In this document: positions 19,734 to 29,182 of the stretch, piece after piece
Layout of the letters: every line of letters begins with the position of its first letter
How positions within the stretch are numbered: position 1 is the stretch's first letter
Notes under the pieces: model-generated
What the model saw: only the letters and a program-made list of their open reading frames with translations
What the model was told of the DNA's origin: nothing
Databases searched by the model: none
Assembly (NCBI GenBank): GCA_030429835.1
Contig: JAUIGC010000002.1
Coordinates: forward strand, 524-64,523
Direction of reading: 5' to 3'
Length of the DNA: 64,000 bases
Source of the DNA: Bacteroidia bacterium
Lineage (GTDB): Bacteria > Bacteroidota > Bacteroidia > Flavobacteriales > Flavobacteriaceae
Translations under genes and position numbers: made by a program

Positions 19734-19991
19734 ATTCTTCCCCCACCATATTTTTATATAAGCAATTTAATTTTTAGATACCCCACATATCTTAATTGAA
19801 CTGGTAACACCTATGTTTTGTTTGTTGAACAATTACTTTGTTTACAAACGAATACAATATGACTATGGAGCATGTTGAGGGTGTGGTAAGAGGCATTTTT
19901 TAAGTTCCCCCGTGTTACAATCACATTTTATAAATGGGGTTGCCACTAACGAGTTTAATTAATGTTTAATAACTAATCTAAATTTATTTTT

Positions 19992-21137
19992 ATGAAAAAA
20001 GTAGTTTTAAGCGCTGCGGCGCTGGTATTTGGAACTGTCGCTTTTGCACAGGTAACCAACAATGTAAATCAGGTGGGCGGAACGTTCGGTGGCAACAATG
20101 CAAATGTTGACCAAGCCGGTTTAATTATTGCTTCTGATGTAGATCAAATTGGGTCTAGTAATGATGCTTATGTCAGTCAAGTAGGAGATGGCCTAGATTC
20201 TGACATTTACCAAATTGGATATGGCAACGGAGCAGATGCAATGCAGACAGGTGAATGGCAATATTCCAATATTTATCAAGATGGGTCTAGCAACTATGCC
20301 TCAAATGATCAAAGTGGTATTGGAAACGTATCTTATATAGAACAATATTCACCTGCGTTCAGTGATGGTAATGACGCCTGGACAACACAGGATGGTGCTT
20401 TTCTTTACAGTGAAGTATTACAGGGCGGTCGAAATAACGTAAGCCATGTGTGGCAGACTGGTGACAGCCACGAAAGTTACGTTACCCAATATGGACGAGG
20501 TAACAATAGCTATGTTGAGCAAAGTGGAAATACCTTTTTTGGCTTAGGGGTGAATATGTCATATGTGTATCAGGATGGTAGAGGAAATGAAAGCGATGTA
20601 ATTCAAAGCAGTGGAACTAACTGGTCCAACGTTGAGCAAACAGGAAATTGGAACGATAGTTGGGTTGAACAAAGTGGTGTCGCCGACAATACTTCAGATG
20701 TTAAACAAGATGGCAGTCACAATAATAGCGATGTAAATCAAGGTGGTTTTTTAGCTCTTAATAATTCTGATGTAAATCAGTTTGGTAATGGAAACTATAG
20801 CAATACTAATCAAAATGGTGGAATCAATGATTCTTATGTCTACCAAAGAGGTTTTGGTTATGGTCCAGGTTCTGGAAACACTAGCAGTGTAACGCAAATA
20901 AATGGATTAACAAATACTTCTGAAGTATTCCAAGTGGGTCAGTACAATACTAACAACGTAATGCAAGTAGGTCCGTTTGTTGAGAACTATAGCTATGTTC
21001 TACAAGATGGAATTGACAACTATAACTATGTTCACCAATCAGGTGCCTTCGGATTTAATGAGAATATTGTAAATCAAATAGGTTTTGGAAATACTGCAAC
21101 TGCCACTCAGGTTTCCGGTTCGTACATATTCCCATAA
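19992..21137 (+). CDS. csgA: Curlin major subunit (CsgA-like functional amyloid) with about 30 half-repeats (about 15 curlin repeats)
   Basis: Signal peptide, then recurring N-x-S/A-x-V/I-x-Q-x-G-x-x units; upstream of csgE/F/G homologues. Confidence 0.9.
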   Translation: MKKVVLSAAALVFGTVAFAQVTNNVNQVGGTFGGNNANVDQAGLIIASDVDQIGSSNDAYVSQVGDGLDSDIYQIGYGNGADAMQTGEWQYSNIYQDGSSNYASNDQSGIGNVSYIEQYSPAFSDGNDAWTTQDGAFLYSEVLQGGRNNVSHVWQTGDSHESYVTQYGRGNNSYVEQSGNTFFGLGVNMSYVYQDGRGNESDVIQSSGTNWSNVEQTGNWNDSWVEQSGVADNTSDVKQDGSHNNSDVNQGGFLALNNSDVNQFGNGNYSNTNQNGGINDSYVYQRGFGYGPGSGNTSSVTQINGLTNTSEVFQVGQYNTNNVMQVGPFVENYSYVLQDGIDNYNYVHQSGAFGFNENIVNQIGFGNTATATQVSGSYIFP

Positions 21138-21199
21138 TGGTTAATGCGAAAGCATTGAAAAAGTAGACCTACATTTTTAACAGTTTACTTAATAATAAA

Positions 21200-21239
21200 A
21201 AGCACAGGGATATTTAAACAATGCCCCTGTGCTTCTTTT
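21200..21239 (+). terminator. Terminator/stabilising hairpin after csgA
   Basis: aagcacaggg...ccctgtgctt followed by ctttt. Confidence 0.7.
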
Positions 21240-21395
21240 ACCAACCCCATCTAGATTTTATTTTATCAACTAGTTGTATTTTTTATAACTATTATAAAAG
21301 TTTTTATGTCCCCATTTTCAGGTAATAGCACGATAATTTCATGTGCGGTGACCCAAATTTGATAATTTTAAACTGAATATAATTAATATCCAACA

Positions 21396-21911
21396 ATGCA
21401 AAATTTAAGAAGCTGTTGTGTGCTGATTTGTTGTTTAATTTCAACAATAGGTTTAGCACAGAATGCAGTAGATAATACGCAATCAGATGATTTAATTAAT
21501 TTTTTAGGTACTGAGAACAGTGTGAGATATAAACTTATTAATCCTAATCAAATAAGCACTCCAATTGTAAATAACGGCTCTATTTTTATTGAGCAAATAG
21601 GTGCAAATAATCATACTAATAGTAATACCAGAACCATTAGTAGCGCTATAAACTTGGTGCAGCATGGTAACTTAAACTCTATTCGAGTTGACATTAATGC
21701 CATGAGTGTCATTCAAAATGTATACCAACATGGTGATGGTCATCGTCTGGCGGAATATTCCAGTACACCATCATTAAACTTAAAGCAGACCTTTGATCAA
21801 AATGGGTACGGGCAAAATTTGACAATACATGGTAATAATTCGTTAAGTGAAAAAATGCGTTTGACAATGGACGGGAATGCAAGAACCATTATCATTAGAA
21901 ATTTCAATTAG
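21396..21911 (+). CDS. CsgB-like curlin minor/nucleator subunit
   Basis: Signal peptide; degenerate curlin units IFIEQIGANN, INLVQHGNLN, NVYQHGDGH, TFDQNGYGQ; position between csgA and csgE. Confidence 0.65.
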   Translation: MQNLRSCCVLICCLISTIGLAQNAVDNTQSDDLINFLGTENSVRYKLINPNQISTPIVNNGSIFIEQIGANNHTNSNTRTISSAINLVQHGNLNSIRVDINAMSVIQNVYQHGDGHRLAEYSSTPSLNLKQTFDQNGYGQNLTIHGNNSLSEKMRLTMDGNARTIIIRNFN

Positions 21912-21924
21912 TTGAATTTATGGT

Positions 21925-22701
21925 ATGAAAATGGAGAAAATTAGTTTAATTCTATTTTTGATTTTGTGTCTACCTTCCTTAAGTTTTGGACAATTTTATA
22001 ATAAAGAAGTCGAAGCTTCCATCAACTTAGAAATACTTGACAACAACGTATTGGAAATTATTGGCTCTGCATATAATAAAACTGAAATAAGTAAGAGCCT
22101 ACGATATAATCTTTCTGTCATAAAAGGGAATCAGGATGAAACAAATAAAAGCAAGAATAGTCAGGAAGGTCGTATAGTGTTGGAACCTGGGATGAAAAAT
22201 AATTTGTCAACAACAGCTATTAATGTCCAAGATGAAGACCGTACCATAATTTTGTTGTTGATTTATGATGAGGAGGAAAAGATTATTGGAAAAGATAGAA
22301 AAGTGTTAAATGGAATGTTTGGTGAAGAAGATGCGGTAAACGAAGAAGGCGAGACAAATGAGAATATTGATGTTAAAGACTCTAGAGAAGACGGTTTCAT
22401 ATTAAAAGGAATGGTAATCGAAAATACTAAGACCAAAGCCGGTGGGGATTTTTATGATATATTTTACTCCTTATATCTGTCCCGAAATATTAACGGTGAA
22501 AAAATCGTAAAAATTGAGGAAAAGTTGGCTATTGCCAACAATACACAGATTCAGGTAATGGTAGATAATGAAGTGGTCATGCAATTTATAATGAATCCAA
22601 GAAGCCAGTATTTAAACACAATGGCGGAACAGGCTTTATATCGAGTTAACATGTATTTTCAACAGTTACGAAACCGTAAAAACCAAATAATCAGATATTA
22701 G
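21925..22701 (+). CDS. csgE: Curli assembly protein: C-terminal CsgE domain plus an N-terminal CsgH-like Ig domain
   Basis: C-terminal GMVIENTKTKAGGDFYDIF resembles the CsgE G.v.d.T.T..G.dFY motif; N-terminal LRYNLSVIK...N.S.NSQEG resembles CsgH. Confidence 0.75.
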   Translation: MKMEKISLILFLILCLPSLSFGQFYNKEVEASINLEILDNNVLEIIGSAYNKTEISKSLRYNLSVIKGNQDETNKSKNSQEGRIVLEPGMKNNLSTTAINVQDEDRTIILLLIYDEEEKIIGKDRKVLNGMFGEEDAVNEEGETNENIDVKDSREDGFILKGMVIENTKTKAGGDFYDIFYSLYLSRNINGEKIVKIEEKLAIANNTQIQVMVDNEVVMQFIMNPRSQYLNTMAEQALYRVNMYFQQLRNRKNQIIRY

Positions 22702-22705
22702 AATT

Positions 22706-23104
22706 ATGAAAAAAATCATCTTCATTTCAATGTTGTTTGTTTCTGGGTATTGTATAGGGCAACAATTGGTATATAAACCAATTAATCCAGCTTTTGGTGG
22801 GGACACTTTTAATTATCAATGGTTGTTGAGCTCGGCGGAGGCACAAAATCAATTTGAAGACCCCAATGCCAGCGAACGTGAAGTACTGTCAGATTTAGAG
22901 CAATTTCAAAAGGACCTGAATAGACAGGTTTTGGGAAGTCTTTCGAGATCTGTTTTTGATTCGCAATTGGGTGACGGGCTACAAGAAGGCACTTTTACCG
23001 TTGGTGACTTGGCGCTTGAAGTATTTGAGACTCCAGAAGGTCTTGTTATTAATATTTTGGATACAAGTACTGGGGAACAGACCCAAATCATAATACCTAA
23101 TTAA
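22706..23104 (+). CDS. csgF: Curli assembly protein CsgF
   Basis: QQLVYKPINPAFGG..FNYQWLLSSAEAQN is the CsgF signature. Confidence 0.93.
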   Translation: MKKIIFISMLFVSGYCIGQQLVYKPINPAFGGDTFNYQWLLSSAEAQNQFEDPNASEREVLSDLEQFQKDLNRQVLGSLSRSVFDSQLGDGLQEGTFTVGDLALEVFETPEGLVINILDTSTGEQTQIIIPN

Positions 23105-23114
23105 TTCATGCAAT

Positions 23115-24533
23115 ATGTGTAAAAGTATTAAGATAAAATTACTGCCTCTGCTTGCCATAATTTTAACTAGTTGTGGGGCGTATTTCAATCAGCCATATCA
23201 GCCGCAAAACGCACGTATTGGTGAATTGACATCAAAAACACAGGTATTGCGTGAACTTCCCAACCCTCATGAAAAGATTATCGTCGGAGTTTACAATTTT
23301 AAAGATCAAACGGGGCAATACAAAAATTTGGAAGCAGGAAGTTCATTTAGCACTGCAGTTTCTCAAGGTGCTACCACCATGTTGATACAAGCTTTAGAAG
23401 ATTCAAAATGGTTCACCCCGATTGAACGTGAGAATCTGAATAATTTGTTGAACGAACGAAATATCATCCGTTCTACGCGAGAAGAGTATCGCCGAAATGC
23501 CAATTCAAATCAACCAACCCTTCCTCCTTTGCTTTACGCCGGCATCCTTCTGGAAGGCGGTGTCGTTTCCTATGATAGTAACATTATCACTGGCGGGGCT
23601 GGTGCACGATATTTTGGTGCGGGTGCCTCAACGGAATATCGTCAGGACCGCATTACTATTTATTTAAGGGCAGTGTCTACAAGTAATGGTGAAATCTTAA
23701 AAACGGTGTATATATCAAAAACAATATTATCACAATCTTTGGACGCTAGCCTGTTTAGATATGTCGCTTTCCAACGCTTACTGGAGGCGGAAACGGGGTT
23801 CACAAAAAATGAACCAGTTCAAATGGCTATGAAGAATGCTATTGAATCGGCTGTTGAGGCACTCATCATAGAGGGCGTGGCTAAAGGGCTTTGGACTACA
23901 GCAGATGGCGGGCTAAAAAACAAACAGTTAATGGACGCTTATAAAGCTCAAAAAGAATATGAAGAATCACAACTTTTGTACGACAGGGATTATGTAGAGC
24001 CAGACAAAAAAGATGCGCTCTCACTAGGTCTTACTGCACCGTCGTTGAGTGGTGATTTGCCAAATCAAGAATTTGGTTTTGGAGGTTTTATTGGTTACTC
24101 AAAATGGTTGTCTCCAAAGTTAAGCCTGAATTTTGATTTTGATTATTCCTACTTAACAGGAGGAAAGTCTTTTTATGAAGAATATATGAGTCCCGAGCTA
24201 AATTTAGAACTAAACATTTTACCGTACGATACCTTTAATCCTTTTGTTTATGGGGGTGCAGGTTATATTTTCGAGATTCACTCGCCGGATGGGGAACAGA
24301 CTAAAAAAGTTTCGTCACCTAAGGCACAACTAGGAGCAGGTTTGAGCATAAGGGTTTCCGATAGAATTGATTTTAGAATTTTCGGGGAAAGTAATTTCAT
24401 ATTCGATGACGAAATTGATGATGTGATTAATGGGAAACGAGATGATTTTATATACACATTTGGTGCTGGAATAAAATATAGACTTGGTAAAAATAAAATG
24501 GATTTTAAGATAAGTGAAGATAATGAAAAATAA
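23115..24533 (+). CDS. csgG: Curli secretion channel CsgG lipoprotein with a C-terminal outer-membrane beta-barrel-like extension
   Basis: Lipobox LTSC; VYNFKDQTGQYK, SFSTAVSQGA, WFTPIERENLNNLLNERNIIR; about 190 extra residues of alternating beta strands (PFVYGGAGY, FGAGIKYRLG). Confidence 0.93.
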   Translation: MCKSIKIKLLPLLAIILTSCGAYFNQPYQPQNARIGELTSKTQVLRELPNPHEKIIVGVYNFKDQTGQYKNLEAGSSFSTAVSQGATTMLIQALEDSKWFTPIERENLNNLLNERNIIRSTREEYRRNANSNQPTLPPLLYAGILLEGGVVSYDSNIITGGAGARYFGAGASTEYRQDRITIYLRAVSTSNGEILKTVYISKTILSQSLDASLFRYVAFQRLLEAETGFTKNEPVQMAMKNAIESAVEALIIEGVAKGLWTTADGGLKNKQLMDAYKAQKEYEESQLLYDRDYVEPDKKDALSLGLTAPSLSGDLPNQEFGFGGFIGYSKWLSPKLSLNFDFDYSYLTGGKSFYEEYMSPELNLELNILPYDTFNPFVYGGAGYIFEIHSPDGEQTKKVSSPKAQLGAGLSIRVSDRIDFRIFGESNFIFDDEIDDVINGKRDDFIYTFGAGIKYRLGKNKMDFKISEDNEK

Positions 24534-26049
24534 AAGTATAGCATATATTGTGTCGGTAATGGTACTTCTCTTTATAGGATGTTCGGAAGATCCAATTGAA
24601 GAAAATGCATTTGGAACGTTGACTGGTAAGGTTGTTGCAAAAGGTGACAATACTCCTTTGCAAAATGTAAAAATAACCACCACACCAGTTTCAAATACTG
24701 TGTTTACGGATATTGACGGTAACTTTATCTTTGAGGAAATAGAGGCTGGTGAGTATTCGGTTCAAGCAGAATTGATAGATTTCCAAACCGCATTTGAAGG
24801 AGCGAATATTATTTCAGGCAAAACTAGCAATCTTGTTATGGAGTTAGATTCTGTTAATGCACTGAATGTGTTACCTTTAGCCCCAATTTTGATGTTTCCG
24901 GAGGATGGCGCGGAGAATATAGGTACAGAGGTCACTTTGCAATGGAATTCTTCAAAAAACGACGATGATGAGATTCTTTATACCTTGGAATTACGAAATG
25001 GTGAAACCAATTCAGTTCAAACTTTCAAAGATTTAAGGGACACGGTACTTTTAGTAGAAAACTTGCCAATCGGGAAAAATTTTATTTGGCAGGTTTCCGC
25101 CAATGATGGTATCAATGTTCCAGCAAAAAGTGCGTTGAGTAGTTTTGCTACCAAAGATGGCGCTTCCAATAGATTTTTCTATGTTCGTAACGTTCAGGGT
25201 AATGATGTTATTTTTTCCGGCACAGAACCTGAAGACGGTGATCAATCAACTACCAATGTCAATGAGCTTCAATTGACAGGGGCTGACAAAAATAGTTACC
25301 GGCCCGTGAAAAATAATAGTGTCAATAGAATAGCTTTTTTAAGATCTATTGGTGGTGAAACACATATTTTTAGTATGAATACCGATGGTACGCAACTAAT
25401 ACAGGTTACCGAAACAGTTCCCGTTGCCGGATTTAATAACTCCGAACTGGAATACACTTGGTATGATAATGGCGCTAAATTTTATTATCCAAATTTCAAC
25501 AAGTTATATTCCATAAATAGTGATGGTTCGGGTAACCAGTTAGTATATCAAGCTCCTGATACAGTATTGATTTCAGAGGTTGCTGTGAATCCTACAAATG
25601 AACTAGTAGCTATTAAAACAAATAAGACCAGCGGCTATGGGGCTCGTATCGTTGTAGTAGATTTAGTGTCAGGTGTTGAGGAGGTTGTCATAGAAAATCA
25701 ACCGGGAGCCTTAGGAGGATTGGATTTCTCTATTGATGGAAACCTAGTACTTTACACGAGGGATGTTTCTGGAATAGAAAATGTTGAATATAGACAATTG
25801 GATTCGCGAATTTTTGAATATAACTTAACTACTGATGTAGCTTCCGAGATTGTTACAAATAAGGCTCCTGGAACTAATGATTTTGATTCAAAGTATTCTC
25901 CTGATGACGGTACCATAATATTTGTAAATACTTCTAACGATGGAATTTCGGAAAGGAATATATACCGAAAAACTGGCAATGACGAAATAACTGGCGAGGC
26001 ACAGAATGAAATTTTGTTTACCAATGCCTTTATGCCGAATTGGGAATAA
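24523..26049 (+). CDS. Curli-operon lipoprotein: carboxypeptidase-regulatory-like + Fn3-like + TolB-like beta-propeller
   Basis: Lipobox FIGC then acidic SEDPIEE; TDIDGNF.F; LMFPEDGA...LQW...WQVSAND; MNTDGT, FSIDGN, YSPDD propeller repeats; overlaps the end of csgG. Confidence 0.75.
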   Translation: MKNKSIAYIVSVMVLLFIGCSEDPIEENAFGTLTGKVVAKGDNTPLQNVKITTTPVSNTVFTDIDGNFIFEEIEAGEYSVQAELIDFQTAFEGANIISGKTSNLVMELDSVNALNVLPLAPILMFPEDGAENIGTEVTLQWNSSKNDDDEILYTLELRNGETNSVQTFKDLRDTVLLVENLPIGKNFIWQVSANDGINVPAKSALSSFATKDGASNRFFYVRNVQGNDVIFSGTEPEDGDQSTTNVNELQLTGADKNSYRPVKNNSVNRIAFLRSIGGETHIFSMNTDGTQLIQVTETVPVAGFNNSELEYTWYDNGAKFYYPNFNKLYSINSDGSGNQLVYQAPDTVLISEVAVNPTNELVAIKTNKTSGYGARIVVVDLVSGVEEVVIENQPGALGGLDFSIDGNLVLYTRDVSGIENVEYRQLDSRIFEYNLTTDVASEIVTNKAPGTNDFDSKYSPDDGTIIFVNTSNDGISERNIYRKTGNDEITGEAQNEILFTNAFMPNWE

Positions 26050-26075
26050 CTTAACAAATTTAAAAGCTTATTAAG

Positions 26076-26111
26076 ATAATCCCACTGGTCTAGAGTGGGA
26101 TTATTTATTTT
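26076..26111 (+). terminator. Terminator of the curli operon
   Basis: ataatcccact-ggtctag-agtgggattat followed by a T-rich tail. Confidence 0.75.
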
Positions 26112-26639
26112 GTCTCTCTAACTATTATTTTTAAAAGTAAAAGCTTCTGCCATGATATTTTTAAGCCTTGAAAAATAGAATATATAAAAATATACACATT
26201 TTCTTCTGGAAGCTTTTTAACACGGGAATTTAACGAGTCTTGGGTGAAAGATTTATATGATTATCAAAAAAATCTGTCTATATACAGAAAATGGTTCATT
26301 TCAGAGATTTATAAACCAAGATTCCTCAATTCTTTATCAAAATACGGATGATAATCAAAATTATTTCCGGTTCCTAAAAAATAATTTTTCCATTCTGTAA
26401 AGCATTTTGGAATCTATTATTGTGCTAGGTCAGATTATATACTTAGAAAAATTACATCATTGGGTTTATTCCAACTTCGTTTTTATTTTCTGAGTTAGTT
26501 TTACTGAATTTAACATTCTATCTTAAAAGTAAGTATGGTCTAGTATCTTTTACGTTATGTTTAAAAGAGTTAAATGTTTTGTTTACTTGAAAGCAAGGCC
26601 TAATCCTCCTTTTTTGACCCGAACAAATGAATTATCTTC

Positions 26640-28649
26640 TCATCTTTTAAGTGTAAAATGTCCTTGGAGGATGATTTCGTCATCAGAAAATGCCTTGAAC
26701 CAATAATCTGTTGACGGCATTCTTCTATTTCGATAGGTGCCATCCCAAGACTCGTCTTTTCCTGTTAAAACCTTTATAAGTTTACCATAGCGATCATAGA
26801 TGTAGGTTCTTGTATTAGCTAAACGTAATTGTTCTATTTGCCATGTATCGTTAATTCCGTCTTGATTAGGAGTAAAGAATTTCGGGTAATCATAAACACC
26901 AATAATTTCAAAGGTTTCGATTGAGGTGCCACAACCATTCAAGGATTTAACATATATGGTATATTGTCCCGCCTCTAAATTTTCGAACAAATTTTCACTT
27001 TGAAAGACAGAGCCATCAAGTGAATACTCATTTTCATCAGGATTGGTTACTAAAATCTCAACTTGAAAAATGTCATTGGTGTTGGTTATATTCACCATGG
27101 TAATTTCTGGGTTATTTGTTATTCTAACGTTGACAGTAGCACTTGTTTGGCAATTCCCTGAACCAACGGTATAAGTGTAATTGCCGGCTAGGTCTACAGA
27201 AGGGTCAAAGATATTATTGTCATTATTCAAAGAAGGACTCCACGAACCTCCAGAATCAGTTCTAGTGCCCAAGACTTCCAAAAGATTGATTGGGTCATCA
27301 TTTGAACACAGGTTTAAAGCTGTATTTTGACCAGCGTACACTATTTGGAGAATGTTCAATTCTGAAGCTTCGGAATATGCCAGTGGATTACAAGCCGAAG
27401 CCAAATTATCTAAACGAACCCGAAAGAGATTACCATTCATATTTAATTCAGTATCTGTGATTATAAGTGTATCAGAATTTTGACCACTGAAGTGGGGTGT
27501 GCTGGGTACATCAATCCATGTTAAACCACTATCAATACTAATTTCCCATGTAATTCCCTGTGAATTCTCCACCACTACTTGAAACTGGGCGGTTCCTCCT
27601 TCACAAATATATTCGTCAAATGGATTTTGTAGTAGGGCTAGGTTTGATAATTCTTGAAAATCAAAAATAGTGTTGGAGTCAAGGTCGTTGGGCGTGGTAT
27701 ACCCGTCCACGGCATTGATAATGAGTCCATTGGCATCTACGTCGTCGGGCGAGGTACCCAAAGTTCCATTTGAATCAGCATCCTGGAAACCTGCTTCGAT
27801 AACATCGTTGCAGCCATCCCCATCGCTATCAAGGTCAAAAGAATCGATAAGGCCGTCACCATCCGTATCCAAAGTAGGAATACCGTTTTGCTCTACAGTA
27901 TCTAGAACACCATCATTGTCATCGTCAAGATCTATGGGGTCAGGAATACCATCATCGTCGAAATCAAGACTAGGTGGCATACAAAAAATCTCCCAAATAA
28001 TTTCTATGGCATCTGCATTACCACCTGAACCATTTTGTTCAAAACGAAAGGCGACACTTGTGAATGTTCCATTAAGTCTTATAGACCCAGCGGAAACTCC
28101 TACTGAACCAATATCACATTCTTGATTAACCGGTGGGGTCAAAATCTGGTTCGGGGTTCTCGTAATTTGATTCCCATTCACTTCAAAATGGGTTCCATTT
28201 CCTGAAAGTCTTTGTATGGTTATGCCTGTAGAAATCATAGTTAGCAATGCAGAAGTAGCGTTGGTATCTGCACCTCCCCCCAATCTATCGATATGTAAAA
28301 CTGGATTGGTAACAGGCTGACTAAAATTAAAGGTAAGTACTCCAGTACCACCTGTTGTGCCATACCCTAAAAAGGGGGCGAGGGCCTGTTGGCCCACCAC
28401 TCCATTATTGGAGAAAGTATTAGGCATGTTGCAACCGATTGGGTCTGTACCAAAGGTGACGAAAGCACCGTTTTGTTCGTCAGAAACATCTGTAGAAATA
28501 CTAATACCACATGCGGTTGAGCTAAGATTGGATCCAAAACCAGTCCACTCCCCCGTCAATTCCTGGGAATATGTTAATAATGAAAAACAATAGAATATAA
28601 TATTCACATACTCTATTGCTAACTTCCGGCTCAAATCCCTGTAACGCAT
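26640..28649 (-). CDS. T9SS type-B sorting-domain (gliding-motility-associated C-terminal domain) surface protein with Ca-binding TSP3-like repeats and Ig-like domains
   Basis: C-terminal YPKFFTPNQDGINDTW...IYDRYGK...WDG...STDYWF...GHFTLKR; DFDDDGIPDPIDLDDDNDG repeats. Confidence 0.88.
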   Translation of the reverse strand: MRYRDLSRKLAIEYVNIIFYCFSLLTYSQELTGEWTGFGSNLSSTACGISISTDVSDEQNGAFVTFGTDPIGCNMPNTFSNNGVVGQQALAPFLGYGTTGGTGVLTFNFSQPVTNPVLHIDRLGGGADTNATSALLTMISTGITIQRLSGNGTHFEVNGNQITRTPNQILTPPVNQECDIGSVGVSAGSIRLNGTFTSVAFRFEQNGSGGNADAIEIIWEIFCMPPSLDFDDDGIPDPIDLDDDNDGVLDTVEQNGIPTLDTDGDGLIDSFDLDSDGDGCNDVIEAGFQDADSNGTLGTSPDDVDANGLIINAVDGYTTPNDLDSNTIFDFQELSNLALLQNPFDEYICEGGTAQFQVVVENSQGITWEISIDSGLTWIDVPSTPHFSGQNSDTLIITDTELNMNGNLFRVRLDNLASACNPLAYSEASELNILQIVYAGQNTALNLCSNDDPINLLEVLGTRTDSGGSWSPSLNNDNNIFDPSVDLAGNYTYTVGSGNCQTSATVNVRITNNPEITMVNITNTNDIFQVEILVTNPDENEYSLDGSVFQSENLFENLEAGQYTIYVKSLNGCGTSIETFEIIGVYDYPKFFTPNQDGINDTWQIEQLRLANTRTYIYDRYGKLIKVLTGKDESWDGTYRNRRMPSTDYWFKAFSDDEIILQGHFTLKR

Positions 28650-29182
28650 ATCAAACGTAAATCTTTTTAATAAAGAAGGGGGGAATTCTTAAAAAAAGTC
28701 ACTATTAAATAAATCAAATTTCGAAACTATATTTCTGACCAAAATCTCCTAGTACCAAAACCCTAAGAATCGATAAAAAACAACCTATTAACCAAGGTAT
28801 TCAAGATAGACCTTATTTCAATAACAGTTTTTTAATATAAACGGAATATTGATTATTAATAGAATTATTGGATGAATGGATTCTATTTTCCGTTGTATCG
28901 TTATAGATTCTTTAGTCCCATTGAATTGTAGAAAATCTACATATTGGAGTATTGGTAAAGACAATCAATTTTTGAGTTCTTGGAGAGATATCTTCTATGG
29001 CCTCATTTTTTATTCCATAGAAATAAGAACTTAGATGAATCTACAACCACTGACTATTTCTTTTAAATGTATTGGACTCAAGTTAGTTTTTGTATTTGAG
29101 GAAAAATTTTGTTTTAAGGTATTATTAACATGGAATTGGCGATATCTGATATTATCCTATTTTTGCCTCAAATTTAGCTAAG

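Noticed and set aside
17140-21137. Functional link between glutamine synthetases and the Asn/Gln-rich curlin
   Set aside because: Only adjacency supports it; no N-box was seen in the csgA upstream region
26110-26640. Possible pseudogene remnant in the AT-rich spacer
   Set aside because: No convincing reading frame or motif could be read on either strand
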